Shown: positions 19,469-30,308, counted from the stretch's first letter. The stretch is DNA of 64,000 nt from an uncultured Spirochaetota bacterium (GCA_963820525.1 CAWGAA010000001.1:2767465-2831464); one strand, 5' to 3'. The notes: generated by a model from the letters alone, not told the origin. Made by a program: numbers and translations.

Positions 19469-22359
19469 CTGAAGGTATAGCTCCCTGAACCCAGTACCGC
19501 CTCTGCTCCGTCTTTGCACTTCGTGAAACGGGCCGGGGCGCTCTTGTTGGCGGCCCCACGTAGATCGCCGGCGCCGCGGGCAGAAGCTCTACCGGGCCCG
19601 CGATCGGAGCTGCTGCCGAGCGCGGCGGCCCCCCCTTCTGTGAGGCCTGACGGTGTCGCTCCCGGCAGCACCACCCGGGCCGTCGTGTTGTGCGGCACCG
19701 TGATTTCCACGCTCATCCGGCCGCCCTTCAAAGACCAGGACACGGCGGCCTTGCCGAACTCCGTCATCCAATCCGCCTTGGCGTGGGTGATGCCGCCACC
19801 GGGCCGAGGTTTCATGAGAAGCCGGCGGCGGCCGGAGCCGTCTTCTTCCAGGTCCAGGCCAGCGACGGCGCCGTAGAGCCAGTCCCCGATGGCGCCGTAC
19901 GCGTAATGGTTGAAGGAGTTCATGGACGGGCTCCACATGGAGCCGTCGGGCTTGATCCCGTCCCAGTGCTCCCAAATGGTGGTGGCGCCCTTGGTCACCT
20001 GGTACAGCCAGGACGGGTAATCCTCACGGGTAAGAAGAGAATAGGCGACATCCAGTCTCCCGTTGTCTGCGAGGACCCGGCAGAGGAACGGCGTTCCGAG
20101 AAATCCCGTTGTCAGATGCCAGCCGTTCTCCTCGATAAGGCTGACCAGGGTGTCGACGGTCCGTTGTCTCTGTTTCTCGGGCGTCAGCCCGAAGGCGAGG
20201 GCAAGAACGTGCGCGGTCTGCGTCCTTGCGGCCAGGCGGCCGGAAGGCGTGTAGAACTCGTCCCGGAAGGCTTCAACGATTCTTCCGTACAGGCGTACGT
20301 ACTCCCCGGCATCTTTCTTCCTGCCCAGGACTGCGGCCGCCTTGGCAAGGAGCAGGGTGGAGTGGGCATAAAAAGCGGTGGCGATAAGGTCTGTCGGCGT
20401 TGCCCCGAAGTAGCTTCCCTCTTTCGCGTCGAGGGCCACCCAGTCCCCGAAGTGGAAGCCCGAGTTCCAGAGAACCCCGCCCTGGGCATGAGCGCGCACG
20501 TACCCCACCCAGGCCTTCATGCTGTCGAACAGCTCGGCAAGGATTCGCGCATCTCCGCAGCGCTCGTAGAGCATCCAGGGGCAGATCACCACGGCATCTC
20601 CCCAGCCGGAGGATGAGTGCGACTGCTTGACGTTGGGATCGTTTTGGATAACGTCGGTGAGAACGTCGGGAGCCACAAAGGGGACGCCTCCCCCTTCCAA
20701 TTGGTCCGCCTTCAGATCTCGAAGCCACTTGCGGTAGAAAGGGGCCGCGTGGACCAGGTAAAGGGCGGTGCAGATGAAGACCTGCGCGTCCCCGGTCCAT
20801 CCGAGCCTTTCATCCCTCTGCGGGCAGTCCGTTGGAATATCCACGAAGTTGCCCTTCAGGCTCCAGAGGATATTGTGGTGAAGCTTGTTGACCAGCTCGT
20901 TCGAGCAGCTGAAGCTTCCGGCGGGCTCGAGGTCCGAATGGATGACGACGGCCTGGAAATCATCCATGGCCGGCTGGCCCGGGTATTCTTCTATAATCAC
21001 GTAGCGGAACCCGTGAAAGGTGAAATGCGGCTCGAAGCTTTCCGGAGATCCTCCCTTGAGGACATACTCCACGCGGGCCTTCGCGCTGCGCAGGTTTTCC
21101 GTGTAGAAGTTGCCCGCCGCATCCAGGACTTCCGCATGCTTCAGCACCACGCGATCACCGGATTTACCTCGAACGGTGAAACGCACCCAACCCGTGAGAT
21201 TCTGGCCGAAATCCAGCACCCGCTCGCCCTTGGGTGTCGTGAACAGGCGCAGGGGCGCTATCGTTTCCTGCCGCCTGACCAGCGGTCCATCCTGCGCCTG
21301 CAGGCGCCCTCGAATGCTATCGCCGCTATCCAATGGCCAGACCGGATGCCAGAGTGAATCGTCGAAGCCCGCTTGGTCGCAGCCGGCCTGCTCCAGGCGG
21401 GCGTCGTAGGTTTCCCCATGATAGATCTCGGAGAAAACGATCGGGCCCGCGGAGGCCTTCCATGATTCGTCGGTAACGATCAGCTCCTCGCGTCCGTCGG
21501 TATATCTCACCAGGAGCTGGAGAAACAGGGCGGTTCGTGTGCCGTAGACATTTCGCCGGCCCAGCCAGCCGGCCAGGTCTCCCTTGTACCATCCGCATCC
21601 CAGCATCGCCGCAATTGCGTTGGCCCCCGGATGCAACAGGCCCGTGACGTCCCAGGTCTGGTAGAGAAGCCGCTTGGAATAGGAGGTCCAGCCCGGCGTG
21701 AGAAGCGCATTTCCCACCCGCGCGCCGTTCAGCGAAAGCTGATACACGCCCAGCGCCGTGGTATAGATCCGGGCGAAAGAGACCTCACCCGCAAGGCTGA
21801 ACTCCCGGCGCAAAAGCATTCCCGCGGATGAGGCGGCAGCCCCCTCGTCCTCCGGAGACACGAAGTGGGCCTTCCAAAAGGCAGGGTCGAGAAGTCCGGT
21901 CTCGAAGAAGGCGGCATCGCTCCAGGGGCTCTCCTCTCCATAATTGTCGCGCACCCGCACCCGGTAGAAGTAGCGCGTGGAGGAAAAAAGCGCGGGGCCC
22001 GAGTACTCCACCAGGACGGACTGCGCGGAGCGCACCTCGCCGGAGTCCCACAGAATGGCCGCGGGGGAGAAAGTATCGGCGCCTTGCTGGCCCGCGCCGC
22101 CGCCCAGGCTGCCGGCCCTCAGGTTGGCGGCCGGCTGCCCGCCCGCGCCTCGTGCGCCTTCTAGCTGGCCGGCGCCGCCCCGCTTACCCTCGCCGCCCCC
22201 CTGGTCGAAGCCCCCATCTGCCGCCACCTGCACCCGGAAGCTCTTCTGAACGACGTTCCTTCCATCGGATTCGAGGACCCAGGAGAACCGGGGCCGCGTC
22301 TCCCCGATTCCCACAGGGTTCTCCTGGTGCTCACAGCGCAGCCGCGTGGCTTTCAGCAT
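19453..22359 (-). CDS. Alpha-L-rhamnosidase (GH78)
   Basis: 968 aa. N-terminal LRCEHQENPVGIGETRPRFSWVL and the later DCPQRDERLGWTGDAQVF and WEHWDG motifs are characteristic of GH78. Confidence 0.88.
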   Translation of the reverse strand: MLKATRLRCEHQENPVGIGETRPRFSWVLESDGRNVVQKSFRVQVAADGGFDQGGGEGKRGGAGQLEGARGAGGQPAANLRAGSLGGGAGQQGADTFSPAAILWDSGEVRSAQSVLVEYSGPALFSSTRYFYRVRVRDNYGEESPWSDAAFFETGLLDPAFWKAHFVSPEDEGAAASSAGMLLRREFSLAGEVSFARIYTTALGVYQLSLNGARVGNALLTPGWTSYSKRLLYQTWDVTGLLHPGANAIAAMLGCGWYKGDLAGWLGRRNVYGTRTALFLQLLVRYTDGREELIVTDESWKASAGPIVFSEIYHGETYDARLEQAGCDQAGFDDSLWHPVWPLDSGDSIRGRLQAQDGPLVRRQETIAPLRLFTTPKGERVLDFGQNLTGWVRFTVRGKSGDRVVLKHAEVLDAAGNFYTENLRSAKARVEYVLKGGSPESFEPHFTFHGFRYVIIEEYPGQPAMDDFQAVVIHSDLEPAGSFSCSNELVNKLHHNILWSLKGNFVDIPTDCPQRDERLGWTGDAQVFICTALYLVHAAPFYRKWLRDLKADQLEGGGVPFVAPDVLTDVIQNDPNVKQSHSSSGWGDAVVICPWMLYERCGDARILAELFDSMKAWVGYVRAHAQGGVLWNSGFHFGDWVALDAKEGSYFGATPTDLIATAFYAHSTLLLAKAAAVLGRKKDAGEYVRLYGRIVEAFRDEFYTPSGRLAARTQTAHVLALAFGLTPEKQRQRTVDTLVSLIEENGWHLTTGFLGTPFLCRVLADNGRLDVAYSLLTREDYPSWLYQVTKGATTIWEHWDGIKPDGSMWSPSMNSFNHYAYGAIGDWLYGAVAGLDLEEDGSGRRRLLMKPRPGGGITHAKADWMTEFGKAAVSWSLKGGRMSVEITVPHNTTARVVLPGATPSGLTEGGAAALGSSSDRGPGRASARGAGDLRGAANKSAPARFTKCKDGAEAVLGSGSYTFSYTIG

Positions 22360-22425
22360 TTCATCCCCCTTGGCAAGCGGCCCAGCGCCCCCACTATCGT
22401 GAGCGCTATGCCCAGCCCCACCAGC

Positions 22426-23256
22426 TTACGCCTTAAGGGCACCCGCGGTCAGCCCCGCGACAATCCTCTTGTTGAAAAAGATGAAAAGGATGAGGGGCGG
22501 AATGGAGATCAAAACGACGTCTGAAAACAGGAGGTTCCACCGCGTCACGTACATGCTCATGAAGTTGTACAGGGTGAGCTGGACCGTCGCGTTTTTCGCA
22601 CCGGGAAGGAAATACAACGGGTTCACGAAGTCATTGAAGATGTTCACCGCGGAAAGCACGATGATGGTGGAGGTGACGGGCTTGAGGAGCGGGAAAATGA
22701 TCCTGAAAAACAACTGCCAGCCCTGGCAGCCGTCTATCACGGCCGCCTCGTCTATTTCCCGAGGCACGGTAACCATGAACCCTCTGTAGAGCAGGGTTGC
22801 GAAGGGGAATCCGAGGGCCACCTCAATCAGGACGAGCCCGGGCAGCGTCTTGAACAGCCCAATACCCCGCAGGATCCAGATCGTGGGGACAATTGAAGGG
22901 GGGATCATCAGGCCGGCAAGCACGAGGAAGTTCACAAGCCCCAGGCCCTTGCCTGATCGGCGCTGCATCACGAAGCCCCCCATCGCGCAGACCACGACCA
23001 GCACCAGGATGGAGAACACGGTGAGAAGGAAGCTGTTCACGAAAGCGCGCACCACCAGTCCTCCATTGTCCGTGAGCACCGTGGAGTAGTTCTGAACGAT
23101 CATGAAGGTCGATGGCCAGGAAATGCTGGCGTCGGCTGCATCAGAGATGGTCTTTGCCGAGTTGATGATGACGAAGTAATACGGTACGCCGAAGACCACG
23201 AGGGACACGAGGATGGCGATTCCCCCCACGATGAAGCCCCGCGCGCGAAACCTCAT
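22426..23256 (-). CDS. Carbohydrate ABC transporter permease (MalG-like)
   Basis: 276 aa, 6 TM. EAA-loop-like REIDEAAVIDGCQGWQLFFRIIFPLLKP. Confidence 0.88.
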   Translation of the reverse strand: MRFRARGFIVGGIAILVSLVVFGVPYYFVIINSAKTISDAADASISWPSTFMIVQNYSTVLTDNGGLVVRAFVNSFLLTVFSILVLVVVCAMGGFVMQRRSGKGLGLVNFLVLAGLMIPPSIVPTIWILRGIGLFKTLPGLVLIEVALGFPFATLLYRGFMVTVPREIDEAAVIDGCQGWQLFFRIIFPLLKPVTSTIIVLSAVNIFNDFVNPLYFLPGAKNATVQLTLYNFMSMYVTRWNLLFSDVVLISIPPLILFIFFNKRIVAGLTAGALKA

Positions 23257-24119
23257 AGGTCCACCTCATGACGGGTCAGGTATCTGTAGAGCGGCACGGC
23301 CAGGGCGGAGACCACCACGAAGAGGATGACGTTGCCCGCCGTGGCAAGCCCGTAGAACCCGCCGGTGTACTGCTTGTAGATGATGGAGGCGATGAGGTCC
23401 GTGGTGAACCCCGGGCCCCCCTTGGTCATGGCCCAGACAAGGTCGAAGGTGCGAAGCCCTCCAATGAAGGCAAGGATGATGACGGAGTTCATGGCAGGGC
23501 GGCAGAGGGGCAGGGTGATGAAGCGGAACTTGTCCCCCGCGTTCCCGCCGTCCAGCATGAGCGCCTCATAGTACTGCTGCGGGATAGAGGCGATGCCGGC
23601 AAGGTAGATCACCGTGGCCACCCCGACGCCCTTCCACACGTCCACCATCGCCACGGAGAGTAAGGCGATGTGTACGTCTCCCAGCCAGTCGGGGCCCGCA
23701 ATGCCGATGAGGGCGAGGGCCTTGTTGATAAGGCCACGGGAAGGGTGCATGAGACTGCTGAAGGTGATGCCGACGGCGATGGTGCTGAGAAGGTTGGGAA
23801 AGAAGACCATGGAGCGCAGGTATCCCTTTGCCCGTATGGAGGAGGAGAGAAACACGCCCAGAAAGAGGCCGAGCACCACCTTCAGCCCGCAGGTGACCAC
23901 GGCATAGATTATGGTGTTTCGAAAGCCGATGCTCAGCGAGTATTCGGAGAAGAAGCTTTTGAAGTTGTCAAAGCCGATGAAGTACCAGTTGGTGAGCGTC
24001 CAGCGGGTCATGCTGAAGAACAGGGAGATGACGGTGGGAAGCAGGAAAAGCCCGCCGTAGATCAGTCCCGCGGGCAGAAGGAAAGCAAAGGAGTAGGACG
24101 TGCGGGATATGGACCTCAT
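23253..24119 (-). CDS. Carbohydrate ABC transporter permease (MalF-like)
   Basis: 288 aa. EAA loop YYEALMLDGGNAGDKFRFITLPL. 4-nt overlap with the downstream permease gene. Confidence 0.88.
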   Translation of the reverse strand: MRSISRTSYSFAFLLPAGLIYGGLFLLPTVISLFFSMTRWTLTNWYFIGFDNFKSFFSEYSLSIGFRNTIIYAVVTCGLKVVLGLFLGVFLSSSIRAKGYLRSMVFFPNLLSTIAVGITFSSLMHPSRGLINKALALIGIAGPDWLGDVHIALLSVAMVDVWKGVGVATVIYLAGIASIPQQYYEALMLDGGNAGDKFRFITLPLCRPAMNSVIILAFIGGLRTFDLVWAMTKGGPGFTTDLIASIIYKQYTGGFYGLATAGNVILFVVVSALAVPLYRYLTRHEVDL

Positions 24120-24191
24120 GACGGCCTTTCACGGGCGGCGGTCCCGCGAGCTGGCGGGACCGCCGCAGTCAAAAAGGGTGCCGGGGAGAGA

Positions 24192-25460
24192 TTACCAGCC
24201 GGGAAGACCGAGCTGCTTGGCCTGCTTTTCGACGTCCCTGTCGTATTCCTTCGCCGCATCTATCGGGGTTGCGATTCCGCTGCCGCATTCCACGCAGATC
24301 TGCGGAAGGTTGGGGCCCTTGATGGGAGAAAGGAACTCCAGGGCCGGGGCGGTGTTGCCCGAGTCGAAATAGGGGAGCATGTCCTTTGCCGCGGGCACCA
24401 CGTCCGCGGGCAGCTTCACGCCCTTGACGGCGAACGGCCCGTCGGGTTTCTGCCTTTCCATGTACGCGGCGATTCCCTCCTGTGAGACGTAGAACGCGGC
24501 CCACTTCTTGGCCGCATCCACGTTCTTGCCGTTCTTGTACAGGTAGATGCCCGCGGGCATCCAGACCGTCAGGCCGTTCTTGGCCGCCGTGTCTCCCGGC
24601 TGCGCGAAGAACCCGATGTCGTTCAGCTTGTCGGGCGCCGTGTTCTTGATATTGGCGAGGGCGAAGGTGAGCATGGGGTAGTGCGCTCCGGTCCCGTCTG
24701 CGAGCATCTTCAGCGCAACGTCATAGGTGGTGGCCAGGCTGTCCTTGTTCATGAACCCCATCTTGTAGATCTGCTGGAGCTTCTCGAATCCGCGGAGCGC
24801 GATCGGGGTGCCGGCGTAGGTTGCCTTGTGATTGGTGTAGTCTGCGGCAAAGCCGGGGTACTGCGCCTGCACGTTGTAGTAATCCGCCAGGAGGATGAGC
24901 TGGGAGGTCCAGTCGTCCTTGTAGGACCCGATCACCGCGATCTTTCCGGCCGCCTTGATCTTGGTGCAGTTTGCCAAAAGCTCGCTCCACGTCCGGGGCA
25001 CCTTGAGGCCGAGCTGGGCGTACACCTTCTTGTTGTACAGCCAACCGCCCCCCATGGCCGTCTGCGCGGGAATTCCGTACACGCGGCCACCCACGCTCAC
25101 CGTCTGCTTGAATGAGTCCACGATGTTCTTCATGTACGGCTCATTGGTCAGGTCCACGAAGTTCTGCGGCGGGTTGAGGGCCTGGAACAGGGAGCCCGAG
25201 TTGTAGAACGAGAGGTCGTCCATGTCCCCGGTTGCCAGGCGGGTCTTCACCACGTTGTCGCCCTCAGCGCCGCCGGGCCGCAGGTCTATGGTGACCGAGA
25301 TGCCCAGCGCCTTCTGCGCGGCGTCGATGACCCCCTTGATCCCGTCCAGCGCGGTCTGGTTGTCGATCAGGAGCGTGAGGTTGGTCTGGGCGAACACGGT
25401 CCCGCCGGCCAGGAGCCCGGCGACGCAGAACACCAGTACGAGGAACGCTTTCGTACGCAT
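24192..25460 (-). CDS. Sugar ABC transporter substrate-binding protein
   Basis: Track ORF is over-extended. The ATG at 25460 (MRTKAFLVLVFCVAGLLAGGTVFA signal peptide) follows a GGAGG SD. Confidence 0.85.
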   Translation of the reverse strand: MRTKAFLVLVFCVAGLLAGGTVFAQTNLTLLIDNQTALDGIKGVIDAAQKALGISVTIDLRPGGAEGDNVVKTRLATGDMDDLSFYNSGSLFQALNPPQNFVDLTNEPYMKNIVDSFKQTVSVGGRVYGIPAQTAMGGGWLYNKKVYAQLGLKVPRTWSELLANCTKIKAAGKIAVIGSYKDDWTSQLILLADYYNVQAQYPGFAADYTNHKATYAGTPIALRGFEKLQQIYKMGFMNKDSLATTYDVALKMLADGTGAHYPMLTFALANIKNTAPDKLNDIGFFAQPGDTAAKNGLTVWMPAGIYLYKNGKNVDAAKKWAAFYVSQEGIAAYMERQKPDGPFAVKGVKLPADVVPAAKDMLPYFDSGNTAPALEFLSPIKGPNLPQICVECGSGIATPIDAAKEYDRDVEKQAKQLGLPGW

Positions 25461-25565
25461 GGGAGGTAGCCTCCTTGGTTGGATGATGAGAACTCGCACG
25501 GGCAAAAAGTTATCATCGCGCATGCCAGCCGAACATGGACTGTTCAGCACAATTCCATGGAGTTT

Positions 25566-27095
25566 TCAGCGCTCCGGGGCAGCCGGCTTTTTTCCCCATT
25601 CAGACGGCGGCACGCCCGTGACGGACTTGAAGACCCGGCTGAAGTAGAACTGGTCCTTGTATCCCACGTAGGCGGCGACGTCCTTCAGCGGCATGCCGGG
25701 GTTGTCCGTGATGAAACGCTTGGCCGTATCCACGCGGGTTTTCGTCAGGAAATCGATGAATGACATATGCTCGTTGCGCCGGAAGAGCCTGCTCAAGTAG
25801 GTCTGGGAGACGGAGAACTTCTGGCACACGGACTGCAGGGTCAACGGATCCGCGTAGTTCTGCTCAACGTAGCGCACTATGGCTCCATAAAGTGAAGGGA
25901 CATCGGTTTCCCGCCGGACATCGCAGCCCGGCCCCGCGATGCGCTGCACGATCTCCCACGCGCCCCGCGCGAGGCCGCTGAAGGAGGAGGCGCGGGAGAG
26001 AAGATCGTCCAGCTGAAGCTCCGCATCCTCCGCCGTCATTTCCTTCGGGTTTCCGGATTTCCGAAGCACCCGCAACAATACCTGGCGAAGGATTCCCTCC
26101 ACCCACACGAGCGGGCGCTGCTCCCGCTCCCAGGCCGCGGCAAGCTCGCCCAGCACGGCCTCCAGTTCATGCCAGGAGGCATTGGAGAGAAGGAAATCGA
26201 TACGGGACTCCAGCTCCGCGTCCAGGGCGGCCTTCGCGTCCTGGCCCGGATGCGGGGAGGCGTCGTTCATCTGCGCCGTGCGGGAAATACCGGGCACGAT
26301 CGTTCTGTCCAGACCGTGTCGAAGCTCCGCCGTGTACTTTGCGCACTGGGAAAGCTCAAAGGTTCCCGCTCCGAACATGAGAGTCGAATACCCGCTGCCT
26401 GACTTCTCCCGCACGGCGAAGACACAGCGCCTGAAGGCGGCGGTCCGCGTCAGCTCCGGCGCATGGAAGAACACCAGCTCCCGGGTGTCCCGCCCGGAGA
26501 ACGCCCAGACATTGTCGCTGATAAGCTCGTCCCACGGGGGAACCAGCGCCGCCTCCTCATCCTGACCGCCGGGCGCGGCGCGGAAGCGGGAAAGAAGGCC
26601 CCCCATTCGAAGCACCGCGCCCTCGAATTTCTGGAAGGGCAGGTACCTGGCCGCCATCCCCTCCTCCACCGGCAGGCCCAGCACCGCGTTTTCGAGGATC
26701 CGCACGCGGCGATCATAGGTGTCCCGGCGGACCTTGTCGGAAATGGCTTCCAGGGCGCGCTTCAGCTCAGATGCCCGCACGGGCTTCAGCAGGTACTCCA
26801 CGACGCCGGAGCGCAGCGCGCCCCTGGCGTACTCGAAGTCCTGGTAGCCGCTGACGATGATGGAGGATACCTCGGGAAGCTCCTCCTTCAACCTGGCCAC
26901 AAGCTCGATGCCGTCCATCAGCGGCATCCTGATGTCCGTGATGACGAGGTCCGGCCGCAGGAGCCGGGCCTGCTTCAATCCCTCCGCGCCGTTTTCCGCG
27001 GCGGCAATTATCCGCCATTCCTTGCAGTGAAGCTGGATGGACGAGCGAAGGTAGCGAAGCGCGGAGGGCTCGTCTTCCACCAGGATGACGGTCAT
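25566..27095 (-). CDS. Response regulator with AraC-type HTH output (YesN-like)
   Basis: 509 aa. Receiver domain (ILVEDEP...DLVITDIRMPLMDG) and C-terminal AraC HTH (YLSRLFRR...FYFSRVFK). Confidence 0.88.
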   Translation of the reverse strand: MTVILVEDEPSALRYLRSSIQLHCKEWRIIAAAENGAEGLKQARLLRPDLVITDIRMPLMDGIELVARLKEELPEVSSIIVSGYQDFEYARGALRSGVVEYLLKPVRASELKRALEAISDKVRRDTYDRRVRILENAVLGLPVEEGMAARYLPFQKFEGAVLRMGGLLSRFRAAPGGQDEEAALVPPWDELISDNVWAFSGRDTRELVFFHAPELTRTAAFRRCVFAVREKSGSGYSTLMFGAGTFELSQCAKYTAELRHGLDRTIVPGISRTAQMNDASPHPGQDAKAALDAELESRIDFLLSNASWHELEAVLGELAAAWEREQRPLVWVEGILRQVLLRVLRKSGNPKEMTAEDAELQLDDLLSRASSFSGLARGAWEIVQRIAGPGCDVRRETDVPSLYGAIVRYVEQNYADPLTLQSVCQKFSVSQTYLSRLFRRNEHMSFIDFLTKTRVDTAKRFITDNPGMPLKDVAAYVGYKDQFYFSRVFKSVTGVPPSEWGKKPAAPER

Positions 27096-28942
27096 CGCGA
27101 CCCGTCCTCCGGCACAGATCCCAAAGGCGCACCGATGGTCACCCTGGCCCCGCCCTCCGGCGCATTCTCGAGCGTGAAGAGAAAGCCCGGTCCGTAGAAC
27201 AGCGCAAGGCGCGCATACGTGTTGACCAGCCCCATGCCGCCGATGGCAAAGCCCTGCCGCGCGTCCGGCTGAGCCAGGCCCGCATCGATGGATCGAAACC
27301 GCTCGGCCAGGGAGGCGAGCGTCTCCGCGGAGAACCCCTGACCGTTATCGAGAACCTCAATGATCCAGCGGGAGCCCTGGATGAACCCGCGGACGGAAAC
27401 GGACATGGCTCCTTGAGAGTTTTTGAAGCCGTGCGTCAGGGAGTTCTCCGTGATCTGCTGGAGAACGATCTTCGGGATGGCCTCCTCCAACATGGCGGGG
27501 TCCACCTCGACGCTATACTCCAGCCGATGCTCGAAGCGCGTCTTCATGAGGGAGAGGTAGGTGCGCACGTGCTCGATCTCCTCCGCGATGGTGGCGGAAC
27601 GCCTGGTGGTGGAGGTGGAATAGCGGAGCATGGAGGCCAGGCCGTCGCAGATGGAGACGATCTCCTGGTCTCCCGTTTCCAGGCCCTTGTTGGCCAGCAC
27701 CGTGAGGATATTGTAGATGAAGTGGGGATTCACCTGCGCCTGCAGGGAGTCCAGCCGCGCCTCCATCTGAAGCGAATGGGAGGTGATCTCGCGCTTCACG
27801 GCATCCGTGAGCCGCTGCCGCAGCCGCTGGAAGGAGAGATTGAGCGCCGCCACCTCGTCGTTGGCGCTCTCGAATACCAGCCTCTCGGGAAGATTCTCCA
27901 GCTCCGTGTTCTCCATCTTTTCCTTGAGCTGCATGATGGGCCGGGTGAGCTGCCGGGAGGAGAGGATATTGTACGCCAGGGAGACCGCCACGATCAGGAT
28001 CCCGATGAGGATGGTCATGTTGCGGTTGAACTGAAGCGGCCCCAGGAGGGCCGCCTTGTCCTGGGCCAGGACCACCCTGATCCCTGTGTAAGCGGAGACG
28101 CCGGCGGCCAGGATCTCATCCGCGCCCGAGACGGGGTTTCGAACGAGGGAGACCTCCCGCGTCGGTGACGGAAGGCGGCTGGAGTAGTATTTCACCAGCG
28201 CTGCGTTCATGGGCGTGTTGTTGTAGAAAACCTGCCCGGAGGATGTCACGGCAAGGACCGCCAGGCTTCGCTGCTCGGGGACGGAGAACAGCTTTTCGAG
28301 GTCTTCGAACGGGTTCTGCACCTCCAGGTAGCCCATTCCTCCCGTGGGCCCCTGGACGGACCGCACCAGGCCGTATACCTGGACGCGCGGAACCGTGGAC
28401 CACGGATCCGCATAGGGCGGGAGAATGAGCGCCCGGCCTCCGGCGCTGTCAGCTTCCGGGATCCACGGAAGCGAGCCAACGAGCCGCACCACATCACGAA
28501 TGTCGCGATGCGTGCTGAAGTTGCTGGAGAGGAAGTCTCCGTTTCTATTGAAGACGTTGACGCTGTAGAAGTTCTTGCTGATGGAATAGCTCAAGAGCGT
28601 GCCGTTGATGATCTGCCAGCCCTCGTTGATATAGATGAGGTTCCTGGAGTCGTTCCTGTCCAGGTTGGAAAGGCTTGCCATGGAGGACATGAAGCCGGCG
28701 TTGGACAGGAGATACGTCGTGATGAAATCCATGGGCCGGATGAGGTTGTCCAGCTGCTGCGACATCTTGTTGGCCAGAACGGAGAGATTGGCATAGGCGT
28801 CACGCTCGGACAGCCGGGCGGAATACGTATAGAACCCGATCCCGAGCGCCACGACGAGCAGGATGATTAAAAGCGAATAGGTGAGCAGAAGCCGAGTCCG
28901 AAATCTCAAACCGGTTCTCGCCTTTCTCTTCAGCGAACCCAC
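27092..28942 (-). CDS. Sensor histidine kinase (YesM-like, two TM, HAMP)
   Basis: 616 aa. LQAQVNPHFIYNIL phospho-acceptor box and ATPase N/G boxes (ENSLTHG, DNGQGF, GGMGL). GTG start; 4-nt overlap with the regulator gene. Confidence 0.85.
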   Translation of the reverse strand: MGSLKRKARTGLRFRTRLLLTYSLLIILLVVALGIGFYTYSARLSERDAYANLSVLANKMSQQLDNLIRPMDFITTYLLSNAGFMSSMASLSNLDRNDSRNLIYINEGWQIINGTLLSYSISKNFYSVNVFNRNGDFLSSNFSTHRDIRDVVRLVGSLPWIPEADSAGGRALILPPYADPWSTVPRVQVYGLVRSVQGPTGGMGYLEVQNPFEDLEKLFSVPEQRSLAVLAVTSSGQVFYNNTPMNAALVKYYSSRLPSPTREVSLVRNPVSGADEILAAGVSAYTGIRVVLAQDKAALLGPLQFNRNMTILIGILIVAVSLAYNILSSRQLTRPIMQLKEKMENTELENLPERLVFESANDEVAALNLSFQRLRQRLTDAVKREITSHSLQMEARLDSLQAQVNPHFIYNILTVLANKGLETGDQEIVSICDGLASMLRYSTSTTRRSATIAEEIEHVRTYLSLMKTRFEHRLEYSVEVDPAMLEEAIPKIVLQQITENSLTHGFKNSQGAMSVSVRGFIQGSRWIIEVLDNGQGFSAETLASLAERFRSIDAGLAQPDARQGFAIGGMGLVNTYARLALFYGPGFLFTLENAPEGGARVTIGAPLGSVPEDGSR

Positions 28943-29147
28943 ATTTTACCAGATGCCGAAAGCACCCTCAATCGAGCGGGGGCTTGCTTGTTAAACGATT
29001 ACAGCCTATTCCTTAATAAGAAAACTCGTAATTAAAGTTTGCTTATAGAAGTCGCGGCCGATCCTGATTACTATTTTTCCCGATCAATCGAGTTCACCAT
29101 GAATATCCTTCTTGCAATGGATGATTTTCATGGTGTATCATAGGGCC

Positions 29148-30308
29148 ATGGTAGAGCGCGCTTTTATACTCGATAAATTGAAGGTGGCCCTGTCGCGCAG
29201 TCGCGTCGTCGTACTGGCCGGGCCGCGCCAGTGCGGCAAGACGACGCTGGCACGGCAACTTCTCAGCGAGGATTCGGTCAACTACTTCGACCTGGAGGAT
29301 CCTACCGGCCTTGCTCGACTGGATGAGCCAATGACCGCGCTCGGACATTTGCAGGGCCTGGTAGTGATCGACGAGGTGCAGCGGCGGCAGGATCTTTTCC
29401 CCGTTTTGCGGGTTCTGGCAGATCGTCGGGACAACCCCGCCCGTTTTCTGATTCTGGGCAGCGCTTCGGGCGACCTTCTGCGTCAGACTTCGGAGAGCCT
29501 GGCGGGGAGAATGGAGCGCGTGACAATCAGCGGCTTTTCGCTGCGGGAGTTGGGCGCAGAAGCGGAACAAACCTTATGGCTGCGCGGCGGTTTCCCGCTC
29601 TCCTACCTGGCAGGCAGCGAAGCCGATAGCGCGGAATGGCGGAAGAGCTTTATCCAAACCCTGCTTGAACGTGATTTCCCGCAATGGGGCGTCCGCGTGC
29701 CTGCCGTGGCCTTGCAGCGCTTCTGGACAATGCTCGCGCACTATCATGGACAGACCTGGAACGCGGCCGAACCAGCCCGGGCGCTGGGTGTGAGCGAATC
29801 CACCGCCCGCCGCTATCTCGATCTGCTGACGGACGCCTTCCTTATCCGGCAGTTGCATCCCTATTATGCCAACATCAGCAAACGGCAGGTCAAGGCCCCA
29901 AAGGTCTCCGTGCGCGACAGCGGGCTTTTGCACCAGCTTCTCGGCATCAACACGCTGAAGGAACTGCTGAGCCATCCCAAAGTCGGCGCCTCATGGGAAG
30001 GGTTTGTTATCGAGCAGGTATTGATGACGGAGCCGCATGACGAAGCCCTCTTCTGGGCCACGCATCAGGGAGCGGAGATCGACCTGATCCTGAGGCGTGG
30101 CAGCGAGCTTTTGGGCGTAGAGTGCAAGCGGACCGACACTCCACGCATGACCCCGTCCATCCGCATCGCCCTTGAAAATCTTGGGCTTGCGCGGGTGGCC
30201 GTGCTCTACCCCGGGACGAAGCGTTTTCCAATTACGGAACGGGTGGAAGCCGTGCCTCTTCAGACGATGGTCAAAGGTATTTCGCTTTTCGAGGGGGGCG
30301 AGTCATGA
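29148..30308 (+). CDS. AAA-type ATPase with DUF4143-like C-terminal domain
   Basis: ATG at 29148 (MVERAFILDK). Walker A LAGPRQCGKTTL and Walker B VVIDEVQ. Architecture recalled as AAA_14 plus DUF4143. Confidence 0.7.
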   Translation: MVERAFILDKLKVALSRSRVVVLAGPRQCGKTTLARQLLSEDSVNYFDLEDPTGLARLDEPMTALGHLQGLVVIDEVQRRQDLFPVLRVLADRRDNPARFLILGSASGDLLRQTSESLAGRMERVTISGFSLRELGAEAEQTLWLRGGFPLSYLAGSEADSAEWRKSFIQTLLERDFPQWGVRVPAVALQRFWTMLAHYHGQTWNAAEPARALGVSESTARRYLDLLTDAFLIRQLHPYYANISKRQVKAPKVSVRDSGLLHQLLGINTLKELLSHPKVGASWEGFVIEQVLMTEPHDEALFWATHQGAEIDLILRRGSELLGVECKRTDTPRMTPSIRIALENLGLARVAVLYPGTKRFPITERVEAVPLQTMVKGISLFEGGES

